A DNA stretch of 64,000 nt, from positions 13,326,546 to 13,390,545 of the forward strand of contig NC_052158.1 in assembly GCF_902713615.1 (NCBI RefSeq), written 5' to 3'. The notes under the pieces were generated by a model. That model worked only from the letters and a program-made list of their open reading frames with translations. It was not told the origin of the DNA and made no database searches. How positions within the stretch are numbered: the stretch's first letter is position 1; each line of letters opens with the position of its first letter. This stretch comes from Scyliorhinus canicula. Taxonomy: Eukaryota. Made by a program: the position numbers and the translations under genes. Shown here one piece after another: positions 26,640-38,857 of this stretch.

Positions 26640-26850
26640 ATCCTAAGGGGCAATTTTGCATGGCCAATTCACCTATGCAACACATCTTTGTACTGTGGGA
26701 GGAAACCTGAGCACCCGGGGGAACTAGAGCACCTAGAGGAAACCCACGCAGACACTGGCTAACTCCACACAGTCACCCGAGACTGGGATCGAACCCGGGA
26801 TCCTGGCGCTGTGAGGCAGCAGTACTAACCACTGTGCCACCATGCCATCC
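26640..26850 (-). mobile_element. V-SINE (partial)
   Basis: Reverse head and core motifs. Confidence 0.8.
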
Positions 26851-27239
26851 TAGAAGCACGAAGCAGAGGTGTGGAGGCACGTGTGGAGGCTGGGAGGGAC
26901 GTCGTGGCCATTTGGTCTCCCTCAATGTACGTTAAAAGACATTACCAAGTCATTATCACATTTATATTCTTGGGAACTTACTGTGCGAAGATTGGCTGCC
27001 CCAGTTTCCTACACTGCAGCAGTACATTTCTGAGGGCATTCGCTGTACAGAAAACGAGTTGAATAGTTTACTGATCCGCCTCTCATTATTCTTTATTCCT
27101 TTGTCCGCTATGCTAACTGAGATTTTGGCTCATTCATCTGTCCTCACAAGATACGTCTATATAAAGATTCCGTTTTGAAGTCAAGACCATGGTTAAATAG
27201 CATCAGAGCAGCAACTGAACACAGCCCTTTTCACTGTAG

Positions 27240-30140
27240 ATAGGAGTTATGCAGAATATGGGGATCCACCAAAGTTGGAAAAGGGAGAGGAACTACAGGC
27301 GAGCTCCGGATTAGATTAACAAGATCTTTGAGGAATTCTACAAGAGGTTGTACAGGTCAGAGCCACCTGAGGGAGACTGGGTGATGCAGGAATTTCTAGG
27401 TGGACTGGAGTATCCGAGGTTAGGGGAGGGGACAAGGCGACATTAGAAGGGGTAATAATGGAGTAGGTAAAGATGCGATTGGGATGATATAGTCGGGAAG
27501 GTAGCAGGGCCGGATGGGTTTCCAGTGGAACATCATAAAAAATTCAAGGATAACCTGGCACCCCAGGTGGTGGAGATGTTTGAGGAGGTGATAGGGAAGG
27601 CTGTGTTACCACAAACTTTGGAGCAGGCATCGATTTCCCTGCTGCTTAAAAAAGATAAGGATCCGATGGAGTGTGGGTCGTTTGGGCCCATATCATTTTA
27701 AATCATGGACGCCAAGGTATTGGCAAAGGTACAGCAGATAGGCAGAGGAGTGCTTCTCCAAGGTGACAGGTGATCAGGGTTTGTGAGCGGGATGCAGCTC
27801 TTCTCGATCGTTAGATGAGATTGGATGTGTTTATGGCACCGGCAGAGGGGAAGAAAACAGAGGTCGTAGTGGCAGTAGTAGTGGCAGTGGACACCGAGAA
27901 AGCGTTGACTGGGTAGAATGGGGGTACTTGATGACAGTTCTGGAAAGGTTTGGGATTGGTCCAGGATTAGTGGACTGGGTAAAGCTCCTGTATAAGGAGC
28001 CGAGGGCGAGTGTCCGCACAAATAGCATCAGCTTGAGATACTTTTCTCTCCGCTGTGGGACTAAACAGGGATGTCCTATGTCCCCACTGCTGTTTGCACT
28101 CGCAATTGAGTGGTTGGCCATCGCGTTAAGACGTTTGGCGTATGGAAAGGGATAGCGCAGGGATGGTGGTAGAGCACAGAGTATCATTATATGCCGATGA
28201 CGTGTTATATGTGTTGAAACCAAGTGTGTCATTCGGGGGAATATTGGAGCTGCTTCCGGTGTTTGGGTCTTTCTCGGGGTACAATTTAAATCTAGACAAG
28301 TCTGAGTACTTTGTGGCTCCTCGGCCGGGGGTGGGGTGGGGGGGGGGGTGCTGCCATTCCGTAGGGCAGGCACTCACTTTAGGTACCTGGGGCTGCAGGT
28401 TGCTCGGGATTGGGGAGGGGGCTCCGTAGGTACAACATTTCTGCTTTGGTGGGGGGGGGGGGGGGGGTTGAAAGCTGATCTGGCAAAATTGGATGGTTTC
28501 CCTCTGTCACTGGTTGATCGGGTACAGGTGGTTAAAATTATCATGTTGCCCCGATTTCTGTTTATTTTCCAATGCCTGCCGATTTTTCTGCCAACGGTAT
28601 TTTTTTTAGAGAGTTTGAAGGAATTATTACCTCGTTCATATGGGGAGGCAAGTTGGCCAGAATTAGAAAGGTGGTGCTAGAGGGGAAGGCAGGCAGGGCG
28701 TTTGGGTCTTCCGAACCTGATGTATTATTACTGGGTGGCGAATGTGGAGAATGTCCAGAGCTGGGTCAGAGGGGTTGATTCCCAGTGGGTCAGAATGGAG
28801 GATAGTTTGGGTAGGGGGTCGGGATTGAAGGCGCTTGCGACAGCACTGCTCCCGATGGCCCCAGGGAGATACTCAGGGAGTCCAGTCGTAATAGCTTTGT
28901 TGAGCATATGAAGGCAGTTTCGACAGCAGTTCAGGTTAGGGGCAGGGTAAAGGAAATGCCGATTCGGGGGGAACCATAGATTTGAGCCAGGGAAGTGGGA
29001 TGGAAATTTTCAGAAATTGGAGGAGAAGGTGATTAAAACACGAAAAGATTCGTTTCTTGTGGGTCGGTTTGCAGTATTGAAGAAGCTGGGAATGAAGTTT
29101 GGGCTGGAGCAGGGGGAAATGTTTAGGTACATGCAGGTTCGATATTTTGCTGAGAAGGAGATACAGAGCTTCCTGGTGGAGCCGGCCTCCACATTGCGGA
29201 GGAGGTGCTGACAACAGGGGGAACTGGAGAAGGGGGTAGTGTCGTTGGTTTGTGGGGCTATTTTGGAAGAGGAGAACACACCGCTGGAAAGGATAAAGGC
29301 AAAGTGGGAGGAGGAGTTGGGAAAGGGTATGGAGGAGGGCTTCTGGTGTGAGGTGCTCCAGACTGAAGCCTCGTGCACAAGATTGTGGCTGATACAGTTG
29401 AAAGTGGTGGACAGAGCACACCTTACAAGGGCGGGGATGAGGCGGCTCTTTGATTTTGTAGAAAATGTGTGTGAATGTTGCGGGGGTGAGGGGGGCGGGG
29501 TGGGGGAGCAGATCACATTCCTATGTTTTGGTCCTTTCCGAAGCTGGGGAATTACTGGAAGGAGGTTTTTAGGGTAATCTCTAAAGTGGTGCCCGTGAAA
29601 CTGGACGGGGCCCTCGGGAAGCGATATTCGTGGTATTGGACCAGCCGGGTTGGAAACAGGTTCAGAGGCAGATGTTGTAGCCTTCGCACCGTTGATCGCC
29701 CAAAGGTGGATCCTGTTGTGATGGAGAGCAACCTCTTCACCCTGTGCCCTGACGTGGCGGGGGGGACCTGCTGGAATTCTTAACTGTTGAGATTGTTACG
29801 TTTGAACTGAGGGTAAGGATAGGGTTCTACAATTAATGGGCGTTATTCATTGTGCACTTTCAAGAATTGGATAACATCGAACACTAGTGGGGGGGGGGGG
29901 GGGTTGGGAGCGTTGGGGCGAGGGGGACTGTATGTGTTAATGGTGATAATGAGTATTTCCTGATTGTTTTTTGTTATTTGTTTGTGTTAACATGCGGGCT
30001 GCTGTTTGGAGCTTTGGTGGGAGGATGGGATAGTTATGGGATTGATATTGTATTCGTTACTGCTTATAGTTTATCGTTGGCGAGTGTAAATGAGGGAGAA
30101 AAGGTGAAAAAGGAGGAGAAAAAATATTTATTAAAAAAAA
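27240..30140 (+). mobile_element. L1-clade LINE, 5'-truncated ORF2 with RT, ending in poly(A)
   Basis: GTKQGCPMSPLLFALAIE, RVSLYADD, PLSLVDRVQVVKIIMLPRFLFIFQ, GLPNLMYYYW; poly(A) at ~30131-30142. Confidence 0.9.
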
Positions 30141-30142
30141 AA

Positions 30143-30400
30143 CACTGCAATGAAGTTCCTGTAAAAGTTCCCTAGTCGCCACACTCCGACGCCTGTTCAG
30201 AATGTCCAAATCACAGAACAAGCACTTATTTCAGGCCTTGTGGGAGGAAACTGGAGCACCCGGATGAAACCCACACAGACACAGAGGGCACGGGGGAGGG
30301 ACGTGCAGACTTTGCACAGACAGTGACCCAACCGGGAATCGAAGCCGGGTCCACGATGCTGTGAAGAAGAGTGCCAAATTCTGGGCTACTGTGCCGCCCT
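30143..30400 (-). mobile_element. V-SINE with type B tail
   Basis: Reverse tail ccctagtcgccacactccgacgcctgttc plus core. Confidence 0.8.
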
Positions 30401-31965
30401 GACATTTCCAGAGCCAGATTAATACATTCCAGGCTGCTGAGGGAGGCAAGGGATGAAATACCGGGGCGCTGTCAATAAATTTTGAATTCCCCTCTGGCAA
30501 GAGGAAAGGGGCCGGAGGACTGGAGGACAACGAGTGTGGTACCATTGTTCAAGAAAGGAGGAAGGGATGAAGCAGGAAACTGCAGACCAGTCAGTTTGAC
30601 ATCAGTGGTGGGGAAAGTATAAGAAGAAATTCTGACAGACCGAATTAAATTGCAATTGAGAGTCAGGGATTAATCAATCAACATGGTTTTCTTAAGGCTA
30701 AGTGAAGTCTGACCAACTTGATTGATATTTTCGAAGATGTGACCAGGTACCTGGATGAGGGCAATGAATTTGTGGTAGTCTACATTGACTTCAGCAAGGC
30801 TTTTGATCAGGTCCCATCTCGGAGACGGAGAGCGAAGGTAAGAGCTCATGGGATCGAGGGAAATTTGAGAAATGGGGTTCAGAATTGGTAAAGTGACAGT
30901 CAGCAGAGAGTGATGATCTGGCGGTCATTTCTTTTCACCGGAAACCGGTGTCCCGTAGTGTCCTGCAGTGATTAGTGTCGGGGTATTTGCTGTTTATGGT
31001 TTATATATCTGATTTAGACTTGAATGTCGGAAGGTTGATCAGTTAATTCGCAGATGACAACAAAATTGACGTGGTGGCAAATAGTGAGGAGGATTGCCTT
31101 CAATTACAGAAGGATTTAAAGGGCTTGTCAGATTGGTTGATCACTGGCAAATGGAATTCAATCAAGATAGGTGTGCGGTGATGCACTTGGGCAGGACAAA
31201 TAAGACAAAGCAATAATGATAAACCACCTGACCCTGGGACGCATCGAGGGTCAGAGGGACCGTGGTGTGTATGCACACGAATCACTAAACGTTACAGGAC
31301 AATTGGAAACAGTAGTTAAAAAGGCATATGGTATACTTGTCTATATTAGCTGAGGCACATAGTTTAACAGCAGGAGGTTGTGCTGGAACTTTATAAAACG
31401 TCGGTTAGGCCACAGCACAAAAGTGTGTAAAGTTCTGCAATCCACATTACAGGAGAGGTGTCATATCAGTTGAAAGTGTGCAGAGCAGACTGACCAGGTT
31501 GTTCGCTGGGCTGGAGAGGTTTAACTACGAAGAGAGATTGGATATAGACTCGGGTTAGTTTCCTTGGAGCAGAGGAGACTGAGGCGAGACATGATGGAAA
31601 TGTCTAAAATTATAAGGTGCTTAATACAAGTAGACAAAATAAAGTTTTCCTTTGGTGGAGCGGTCAATGACCAGGGGGAATCAATTTAATGTACCGGGCA
31701 GGAGATTTAATGGGGATGTGAGGAAAGTATTTTTCACTCGGAGGGTTGTGGGAGTCTGGAACTCACTGGCTGAAATGGTGGTCGAGGAACAGACTCTCAG
31801 AACGTTGAAGAGGTATTTCAACGTATGCCTGCAATGCCAAATTATACAAGGCGATGGGCCAGGTGCCGGGAAATGGGATTAGAATACTTAGGTGGTTAGA
31901 TTTGACGGTGCAGAGGCGAAGGGCCGAACAGCCTTTTCCGTACTATAGACGTTTATGACTCTGAC
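30400..31965 (+). mobile_element. CR1 LINE (RT to 3' end), degenerate
   Basis: FKKGGRDEAGNCRPVSLTSVVGK, FADD-like region, FFTRRVVGVWNSL. Confidence 0.85.
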
Positions 31966-33009
31966 ATGAACGTAAATTCTGCAATGCTTCAATGAGAGCG
32001 TTAGATGCCTTTGTCACAATTTCTTCGTTATGCCCTTGGATGTGAGCTATTTGAGTTTAGAGAACAAGACCTGGGAGGGGGGGGGGGCACAGTTTTCGGC
32101 AATCTGGATACCATGTCCAGTCAGTAAAGTTTATTTTACAGGAATGTTGTCCAGTATTGCTATTCAACCAGGTTCGCTACTTCCTGTCGGCGAAATGGGT
32201 GACTGTAGGAAGTCTCAAAATAGCCTCAACATCCACAGTAGGGTCAGGAGAAAGGGAAAGGGGAAGAGGGCATTCAGATATATGCGGTCACAGAACCGAT
32301 GCATATTGCTGATTAATTTCAATTTCAAAAAGTGATGTACATAGGATCAACGCTGCCCTTAAATTGGCTGATCATCTTTCCTTCTCTAGCTTGTTGAACA
32401 ATACATTTGCAAAGGAATCTAGGCCTTGCTTCCATATAAAATATATTTCCTGTGCTTGAGGACGCAGCCCGTAAGTATTAGGCTCCCCGAATTCGGTCGC
32501 TGGACCGCCTCGCATGCGCTGCACAATGACTCGGACGTATGGACGCAAGGGCATGCGCGCTGCAAACACACGTCGTTTAAAGTCCTTGCCCGCTTTTGTT
32601 TTGACAGATTGACCTCAGGCGCTGCGCTGAACAAAAAAATCCAGGGACAGCGCTGACTCAGTCGACTTTTTACTTTTTACACCATTTTATTCACACTTTT
32701 TTTCTTCCGTCGAGGATCATCGAGCAGAGGCACGAAACATCGGGAACGCTTTGTTGGTGGATTAATGTTTTATATTATTAGTGTTCAGCGGTTATCAATA
32801 TGTATAAATGCAAATAAAGTAAAAGGAAGACATATTTTTAAACTTTAGGTTGCCATGAGGCTATTAATTGCACTAAAAATATACTTTACTGCATAAAGTA
32901 GCTTTGGAGCCAAGGAAAGTGAAATAAATATATTTTAGTCTTTGGTTTGTCATGAGGATGTTATCCAGAGAAAGGAACTATAGCGGATAGAATACAGTGA
33001 TCACTCGCT

Positions 33010-33470
33010 AATGAGTATGATTGTCCACCTAAGACATTTTGTGTTAGCGGTCATGAGTTCTCTCGGTCCTTGCATGGCTGATGAGGTTGATCCGAGAGCT
33101 GCACCTTCAATCTTTCACTTGGCTCCTTTCCTGGGCTTCCTCTTGCCTTCAGATATTCTCGAAGGATTGTGTCTCTTCAACCAGGAAGTTCCTCCAAATG
33201 AGTCTCTTCAGGGCAAAGGTCTCCCAGGCACTGACGTCTATATTCCATTCCTTAAGGCAAGCCTTCAAAGTGTCTTTGAAGAATGTCATTTCTCCTTCTC
33301 TTGTTCGGTACTCTTCCTTGAGCTGGGTGAAGAAGATCTTTGGCAGTCGGGTCTCTGGGAGGCCAAGCAGAGTAGCTATCGGATGATCATTGCCCCGAAA
33401 TCGGTGCTGTTGACTACTTCAGGAATACTAATGTTAACACGCCTGTCATCCCAGCTGATCCCACACCAAA
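33010..33470 (-). mobile_element. RTE-clade LINE 3' end
   Basis: Reverse PETRLPKIFFTQL...FKDTLKACLKEWNIDVSAWETFA. Confidence 0.7.
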
Positions 33471-33924
33471 GTACACTTGAATGTTCCAATATATTTTAAG
33501 CTGTGCTGTTTAAGAGTCTCCCTGACCATCTCCTTACAAGGCCCAAAGATTATTACAAATGCTTAAACAAAATTTAATGCCTAAGTTGACGTATACCAGT
33601 CTCCTGTAAGCTAATGTGAAATATCTCTCCAACAAGTATTGCAGAATGCAGTGCAGATTCAAAATGTGTAGTCACGCTTCATCTCCGTTGTGGGATCACA
33701 CTCATAACTTGGCATCTTAAAATGCTTGAACTTCTTTTGAGACTTCGACGTAGGCACAGGGATCATGAGAGTGGAGTCAGTCATCATCTCTGCCTGGCAA
33801 GGAAGCAACTAAATTATCCACCCCTAAGAGTGTACAGATAAAGAGATGCCTGATGAGATGTGTGTAACGATGCTGTGCTACATCAGCTGCTGCTTTTGGA
33901 ATTTGAGCTTGTAACATAAACAGT

Positions 33925-35516
33925 TACAGTTCCTGGCCTTGATGGTATGCATCCCAGAGTGCTAAAAGGGATGGCTAGGGAAATTGCAAATGCACTCGTG
34001 ATAATTTCCCAAAATTCACTGGGGTGGTCCCGGTGGATTGGAAATTAGCAAACGTGACAACACTGTTTAAAGAAGGAGGTAGGCAGAGAGCGGGCAATTA
34101 TAGGACAGTGAGCTTAACTTCGGTAGTAGGGATGATGCTGGAATCTATCATGAAGGAAGAAATAGTGAGGCATCTGGATAGAAATTGTCCCATTGGGCAG
34201 ACGCAGCATGGGTTCATAAAGGGCAGGTCGTGCCTAACTAATTTAGTGGAATTTTTTGAGGACATTACCAGTGCAGTAGATAACGGGGAGCCAATGGATG
34301 TGGTATATCTGGATTTCCAGAAAGCCTTTGACAAGATGCCACACAAAAGGTTGCAGCATAAGATAAAGATGCGTGGCATTAAGAGTAAAGTAGTAGCATG
34401 GATAGAGGATTGGTTAATTAATAGAAAGCAAAGAGTGGGGATTAATGGGATGTTTCTCTGGTTGGCAATCAGTAGCTAGTGGTGTCCCTGGGAATCCGTG
34501 TTGGGCTCACAATTGTTCACAATTTATAGAAATGATTTAGAGTTGGGGACCAAGTGCAATGTGTCCACGTTTGGAGACGACACTAAGATGAGTGGTAAAG
34601 CGAAAAGTGCAGAGGATACTGGAAGTCTGCAGAGGGATTTGGATCGGTTAAGTGAATGGGCTAGGGTCTGGCAGATGGAACACAATGTTGACAAATATGA
34701 GGTAATCCATTTTGGTAGGAATAACAGCAAACGGGATTATTATTTAAATGATAAAATATTAAAGCATGCTGCTGTGCAGAGAGACCTGGGTGTGCTAGTG
34801 CAGGTGTCACAGAAAGTTGGTTTACAGGTGCAACAGGTGATTAAGAAGGCGAATGGAATTTTGTCCTTCATTCCTAGAGGGATGGAGTTTAAGACAAGGG
34901 AGGTTATGCTGCAATTGGATAAGGTGTTAGTGAGGCCACACCTGGAGTATTATGTTCAGTTTTGGTCTCCTTACTTGATCAAGGACGTACTGGCACTGGA
35001 GGGTGTGCAGAGGAGATTCACTAGGTTAATCCCAGAGCTGAAGGGGTTGGATTACGAGGAGAGTTGAGTAGACTGGGACTGTACTCGTTGGAATTTAGAA
35101 GGATGAAGAGGGATCTTATAGAAATATAAAATTATGAAGGGAATAGATAGGATAGATGTGGGCACGTTGTTTCCACTGGCGGGTGAAAGCAGAACTAGGG
35201 GGCATAGCCTCAAAATAAGGGGAAGTAGATTTAGGACTGGGTTTAGGAGGAACTTCTTCACCCAAAGGGTTGTGAATCAATGGAATTCCTTGCCCATTGA
35301 AGCAGTTGAGGCTCCTTCATTAAATGTTTTTAAGGTAAAGATAGATAGTTTTTTGAAGAATAAAGGGATGAAGGGTTATGGAGTTCGGACCGGAAAGTGG
35401 AGCTGAGTCCACAAAAGATCAGCCATGATCTCATTGAATGGTGGAGCAGGCTCGAGGGGCCAGATGGCCCACTCCTGCTCCTTGTTCTTATGTTCTTATG
35501 TTCTTATGTTCTTATA
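33925..35516 (+). mobile_element. CR1 LINE, 5'-truncated, relatively young
   Basis: ORFs with NYRTVSLTSVVG, VYLDFQKAFDKMPH, FGDDTK; (ttcttatg)n 3' microsatellite. Confidence 0.92.
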
Positions 35517-35604
35517 TGTCAAAACCCACCTCCTCCTCCCAATCCTGACCCATTCTTCCCTTCCTACCTCCCTTCCCTCCCCTCTCTTTCATCACTCCAC
35601 TCCC

Positions 35605-36477
35605 TGTAGCCACCTGAGGTGGCCACGTCCTGATTACAAAATGGACACTTGCAGATAATGAAGGGAAAATTGGACAATGCTAAGAAAGCAAGAAGATGCA
35701 AGGTTTGTCTGTGGATTGAAGTTTGCAGCACGTAGACAAGACCGATACTGCAAAGCCATTAGCATACTAATGAGCTATCTCTGGGGATGAAAGAGAAACA
35801 TTTAAGCAAACGATACCAAAGCAGACACCCCAACGCCAGAGGAGACTAAAACAAAAGCAGGCCAACGATCACCTAGGGCCCGCTCACCGATCAGGCAGCC
35901 ACCCCTTTATTGGAGAAAATCAATACCGATGATTAAGATATGGTCCAATTAATTGGAGCCACGTTCAAGGCCGCCCAGAAGCGCGCGAAGCCCCTTTGGG
36001 GTATAAGTGGAAGCCCCCAAGAGAGAATCGTTCTTCTTGCCCTTGGCTCTCAGCAGCGAGAGACCTGCCTAGCAACTGCACCAGACAAGTAAGTCCAAAG
36101 TCAACGCACGCTACAAGATTGATGCTCCTAGCTACTATTCTATACAGGCTTGATGCCAGCAGCCTCAGAATCGGACAACGGCCATTGTTCCTCTGACTGA
36201 GTGGGCACCCGAAGCTAAGTATAGGCTTTTAGTAGTAGTGATAGTTTAGTTAGTAGAGTTTGTGCATGAGTATAATTGACTGTGTAGATAAATGAGTATT
36301 GATTTTGAACTTACTAACTGCTGTATCGAGTCTTTGATCAGTATTCGGTTTTGAACCTTGTGGCGGTATAGGAAAGATATCTGGTGACTCTTGAGTAAAC
36401 ATAAATAGAATTAAGGATGGCGACCATATTATCCACCATAAATAGAGCCAAATAAGGAGAGAGCATGACGAGCAACA
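35605..36477 (+). mobile_element. Solo LTR (873 bp), TG...CA, 4-bp TSD TCCC
   Basis: tccc|TGTAGCC...GAGCAACA|tccc; internal CCAAT (~35945), TATAA (36002-36006) and donor-like CAA|GTAAGT (36089). Orientation inferred from the TATA. Confidence 0.75.
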
Positions 36478-36657
36478 TCCCCTCTTCCCTTCCTCCGCTT
36501 CACCCTCTGTACAGCCTCCCCTGCCCCCTCTTTCATCTCTCGCCACCCTCTGTTCCCTCGCTCCCACCCACCCCTTTACAAGTAGACAGAAGCGTTGTGT
36601 TCATGTGGAACAATATATTTTATTGACCATTCTGTTTTAGTGATTATGTATATTTTA

Positions 36658-36810
36658 TTTTGGTCACTGTCCGTGTGGAGTTTTCACATTCTCCCCGTGT
36701 CTGCGTGGGGTTCACCCCCACAACACAAAGATGTGCAGGATCGGTAGATTGGCCACTCTAAATTGCAGCTTAATTGGAAAAAATTATTGGGTACTCTAAA
36801 TTTATTTTTA
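36658..36810 (+). mobile_element. V-SINE, 5'-truncated, type C end
   Basis: Core plus aattggaaaaaattattgggtactctaaattt. Confidence 0.75.
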
Positions 36811-36831
36811 AAATATATATTTTATTTCAAG

Positions 36832-36992
36832 AAATTTACAAACGTTGAGGGAGTTTTGTTTCATTGTGCAGCTGATAAAGTTAAACGAGAATTTAATATT
36901 AATTGTTTTCAAAATTTACAAACGTTGAGATAGTCTTACTTCATTGTGCAGCCAATAATGTTAAACGATAATTTAATATTAATTATTTTCAA
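36832..36992. repeat. Two tandem 80-bp AT-rich units
   Basis: aaatttacaaacgttgag...ttcattgtgcagc...ttaaacga.aatttaatattaatt repeated at 36832 and 36912. Confidence 0.85.
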
Positions 36993-37704
36993 AGTTTCGT
37001 ATTTATTAAATAATTCTTATTAATAAATACTTTCCATTAAACTATATAAACTTAATTTAAACTTATCAACATAATTGAGGTAGAAAAAGTGATGAAACAC
37101 AAATAAAAACAATAATCAGATGTTACAAAACACACATCAAGCCACACACTTCATGCACAAATCATCAGTGACGTCAAACATATGTTCAGGCGATGCCACT
37201 GATGCAGCAAGCTCCGCACCTCCTGAAGGCCCTGTGTGCTCTTCTTCAAACACTTCAGTCAAGGCATCGGAGGGCATCCCCTCTTCTCTCACCCTGACAA
37301 TAAGTTTCAAAATTCAACATAGCAGCCGGCTGAAAGTTCTCCCCCTCTTTAATCGCACTATCTTCCTCAACGTCACAGTCTACATCCGAAATTTCAATCT
37401 GGTGAAAGGCCGCAATCTCCTCTGTTGCAGCTTGAGCACTGCATTGCGGCGATGTACTCGCTTCCGTCAGATCTCTCGCAGGTGTCTCTGCTGCTGCGTG
37501 AGAGTCATCTCCATTCTCTACTATCACCATGCCATCCGCAAAACACAAAGAAAACACAATTACATTTGCATCAAATTAACTCATCCAGCTGCTCACCACC
37601 ACACCTACTGACATATCTTTAAGTTCTATTATCATTTAGCTGAATCCAGCAGTTGATGTTCTCACAGGGGGGCATCTACACCGTTATGTTCCGCATAGAA
37701 TCAC

Positions 37705-37985
37705 AAAATCCCGACCATGTAGAAATGTGCAGCGACCAGCTGAAAGAGGACCTTACCTAAATCCACTCCTTCATCCTATTATCCCTTAACCCCACCTAAG
37801 CTGTACATCTTTGGATACTGAGAGGAATTTAGCATGGCCAATCCTCCTAACCTGCATATTTATATCCAGTGGGAGCAAACCGGAGCACATTAAGGAAATT
37901 CACGCAGACACAAGGAGGAAATATAAACGCCCCACAGTTACCCGGGTCCCTACTGCTGTGAGGCAGCATTGCTAACCATTGTGAC
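37705..37985 (-). mobile_element. V-SINE (degenerate)
   Basis: Reverse core ggagcaaaccggagcac...gaaattcacgcagacac. Confidence 0.7.
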
Positions 37986-38135
37986 GGTGACGGGAAAACC
38001 CGGCTGAAAGGATGCCCAAAAGGTCGGAGGGCAGCGATCGCGACAGTCAGCGGCGATCACCCGCGTGGAGCCTCTGACCGAAACATCTCTTTCAATGGCA
38101 AATGGTCCAAGGCGGTCCCAGCGCATTTACGATAG

Positions 38136-38157
38136 TATAAAAATGCCACCCGGAAAT
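38136..38157 (+). promoter_or_regulatory. Putative core promoter: TATAAAAA (38136-38143) plus ETS-like CCGGAAAT (~38150-38157)
   Basis: Motifs lie ~120 nt upstream of a strong donor AAG|GTAAGG at 38258/38259; position fits a TSS near 38165. Inference. Confidence 0.45.
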
Positions 38158-38164
38158 GGTACAG

Positions 38165-38258
38165 GACAGAGGTTGTCTGCTACATGCACAGCACTGACTG
38201 GTCAATATCATGCCTCTGAGATCAATCGAAGGCTGTTTGAGGCAGTTTCAATCAGAAG
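38165..38258 (+). other. Putative exon 1 (5' UTR, possibly coding from ATG 38210)
   Basis: Donor AAG|gtaagg. ATG at 38210 reads open (MPLRSIEGCLRQFQSEG) and splices in frame to the exon 2 ATG. The 5' boundary is approximate. Confidence 0.5.
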
Positions 38259-38800
38259 GTAAGGGTTTTACTCTCTATGGGATTGTGAAGCGCACAGTAA
38301 TATAGCAGTTATTCCAATTTCGTAGTCTCCATCCACTTGTCTTGATAAATCCAACGCCACGAAGAAGTACTCTGTACAGAAAGCGCTTTGACAAGTCGAG
38401 TGGGTCCGTGGGCTGGAATATGAAGGCCAGTGTCTCGTTATTCTTTATTGCGTTCTCCGCTATGTTAACTGAGATTTTTAACTCACGGCTTCTCATGGTA
38501 CAATTTAAGATTATTTTCTGAAGCCGAGGCCGCGGTGAAATTCCGTGAGGGCTTATAACTGAACACTACATTTTCCAGAGTGTTTCATCCTAACTCAATG
38601 GCATTCGATCCTCAACTGATTTCAAATAAGAAATCGATTGGATTTGCAAGCAGTCATCCTCCACTGCTACAATCCCACGACCTCTTGCTGAAAGGGCAAA
38701 TGGACCAAATTTAACGGCGTCATCTGCTTTCTTTTTCCTAACGTTGAATGAATGGCTCTGAATAATGTTATAAAATAAGTACTTCTCCTTTTCTCCACAG

Positions 38801-38857
38801 GCAACCGCGTAGCTATGCTATGGAATAGTGTCATTTGGGCATTGCTGATGTTCCCTC
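38801..38857 (+). CDS. NCR3: Exon 2: signal peptide MLWNSVIWALLMFP (ATG 38815)
   Basis: Polypyrimidine acceptor acttctccttttctccacag|; donor C|gtaagt; phase 1 joins the V exon as Arg. Confidence 0.8.
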
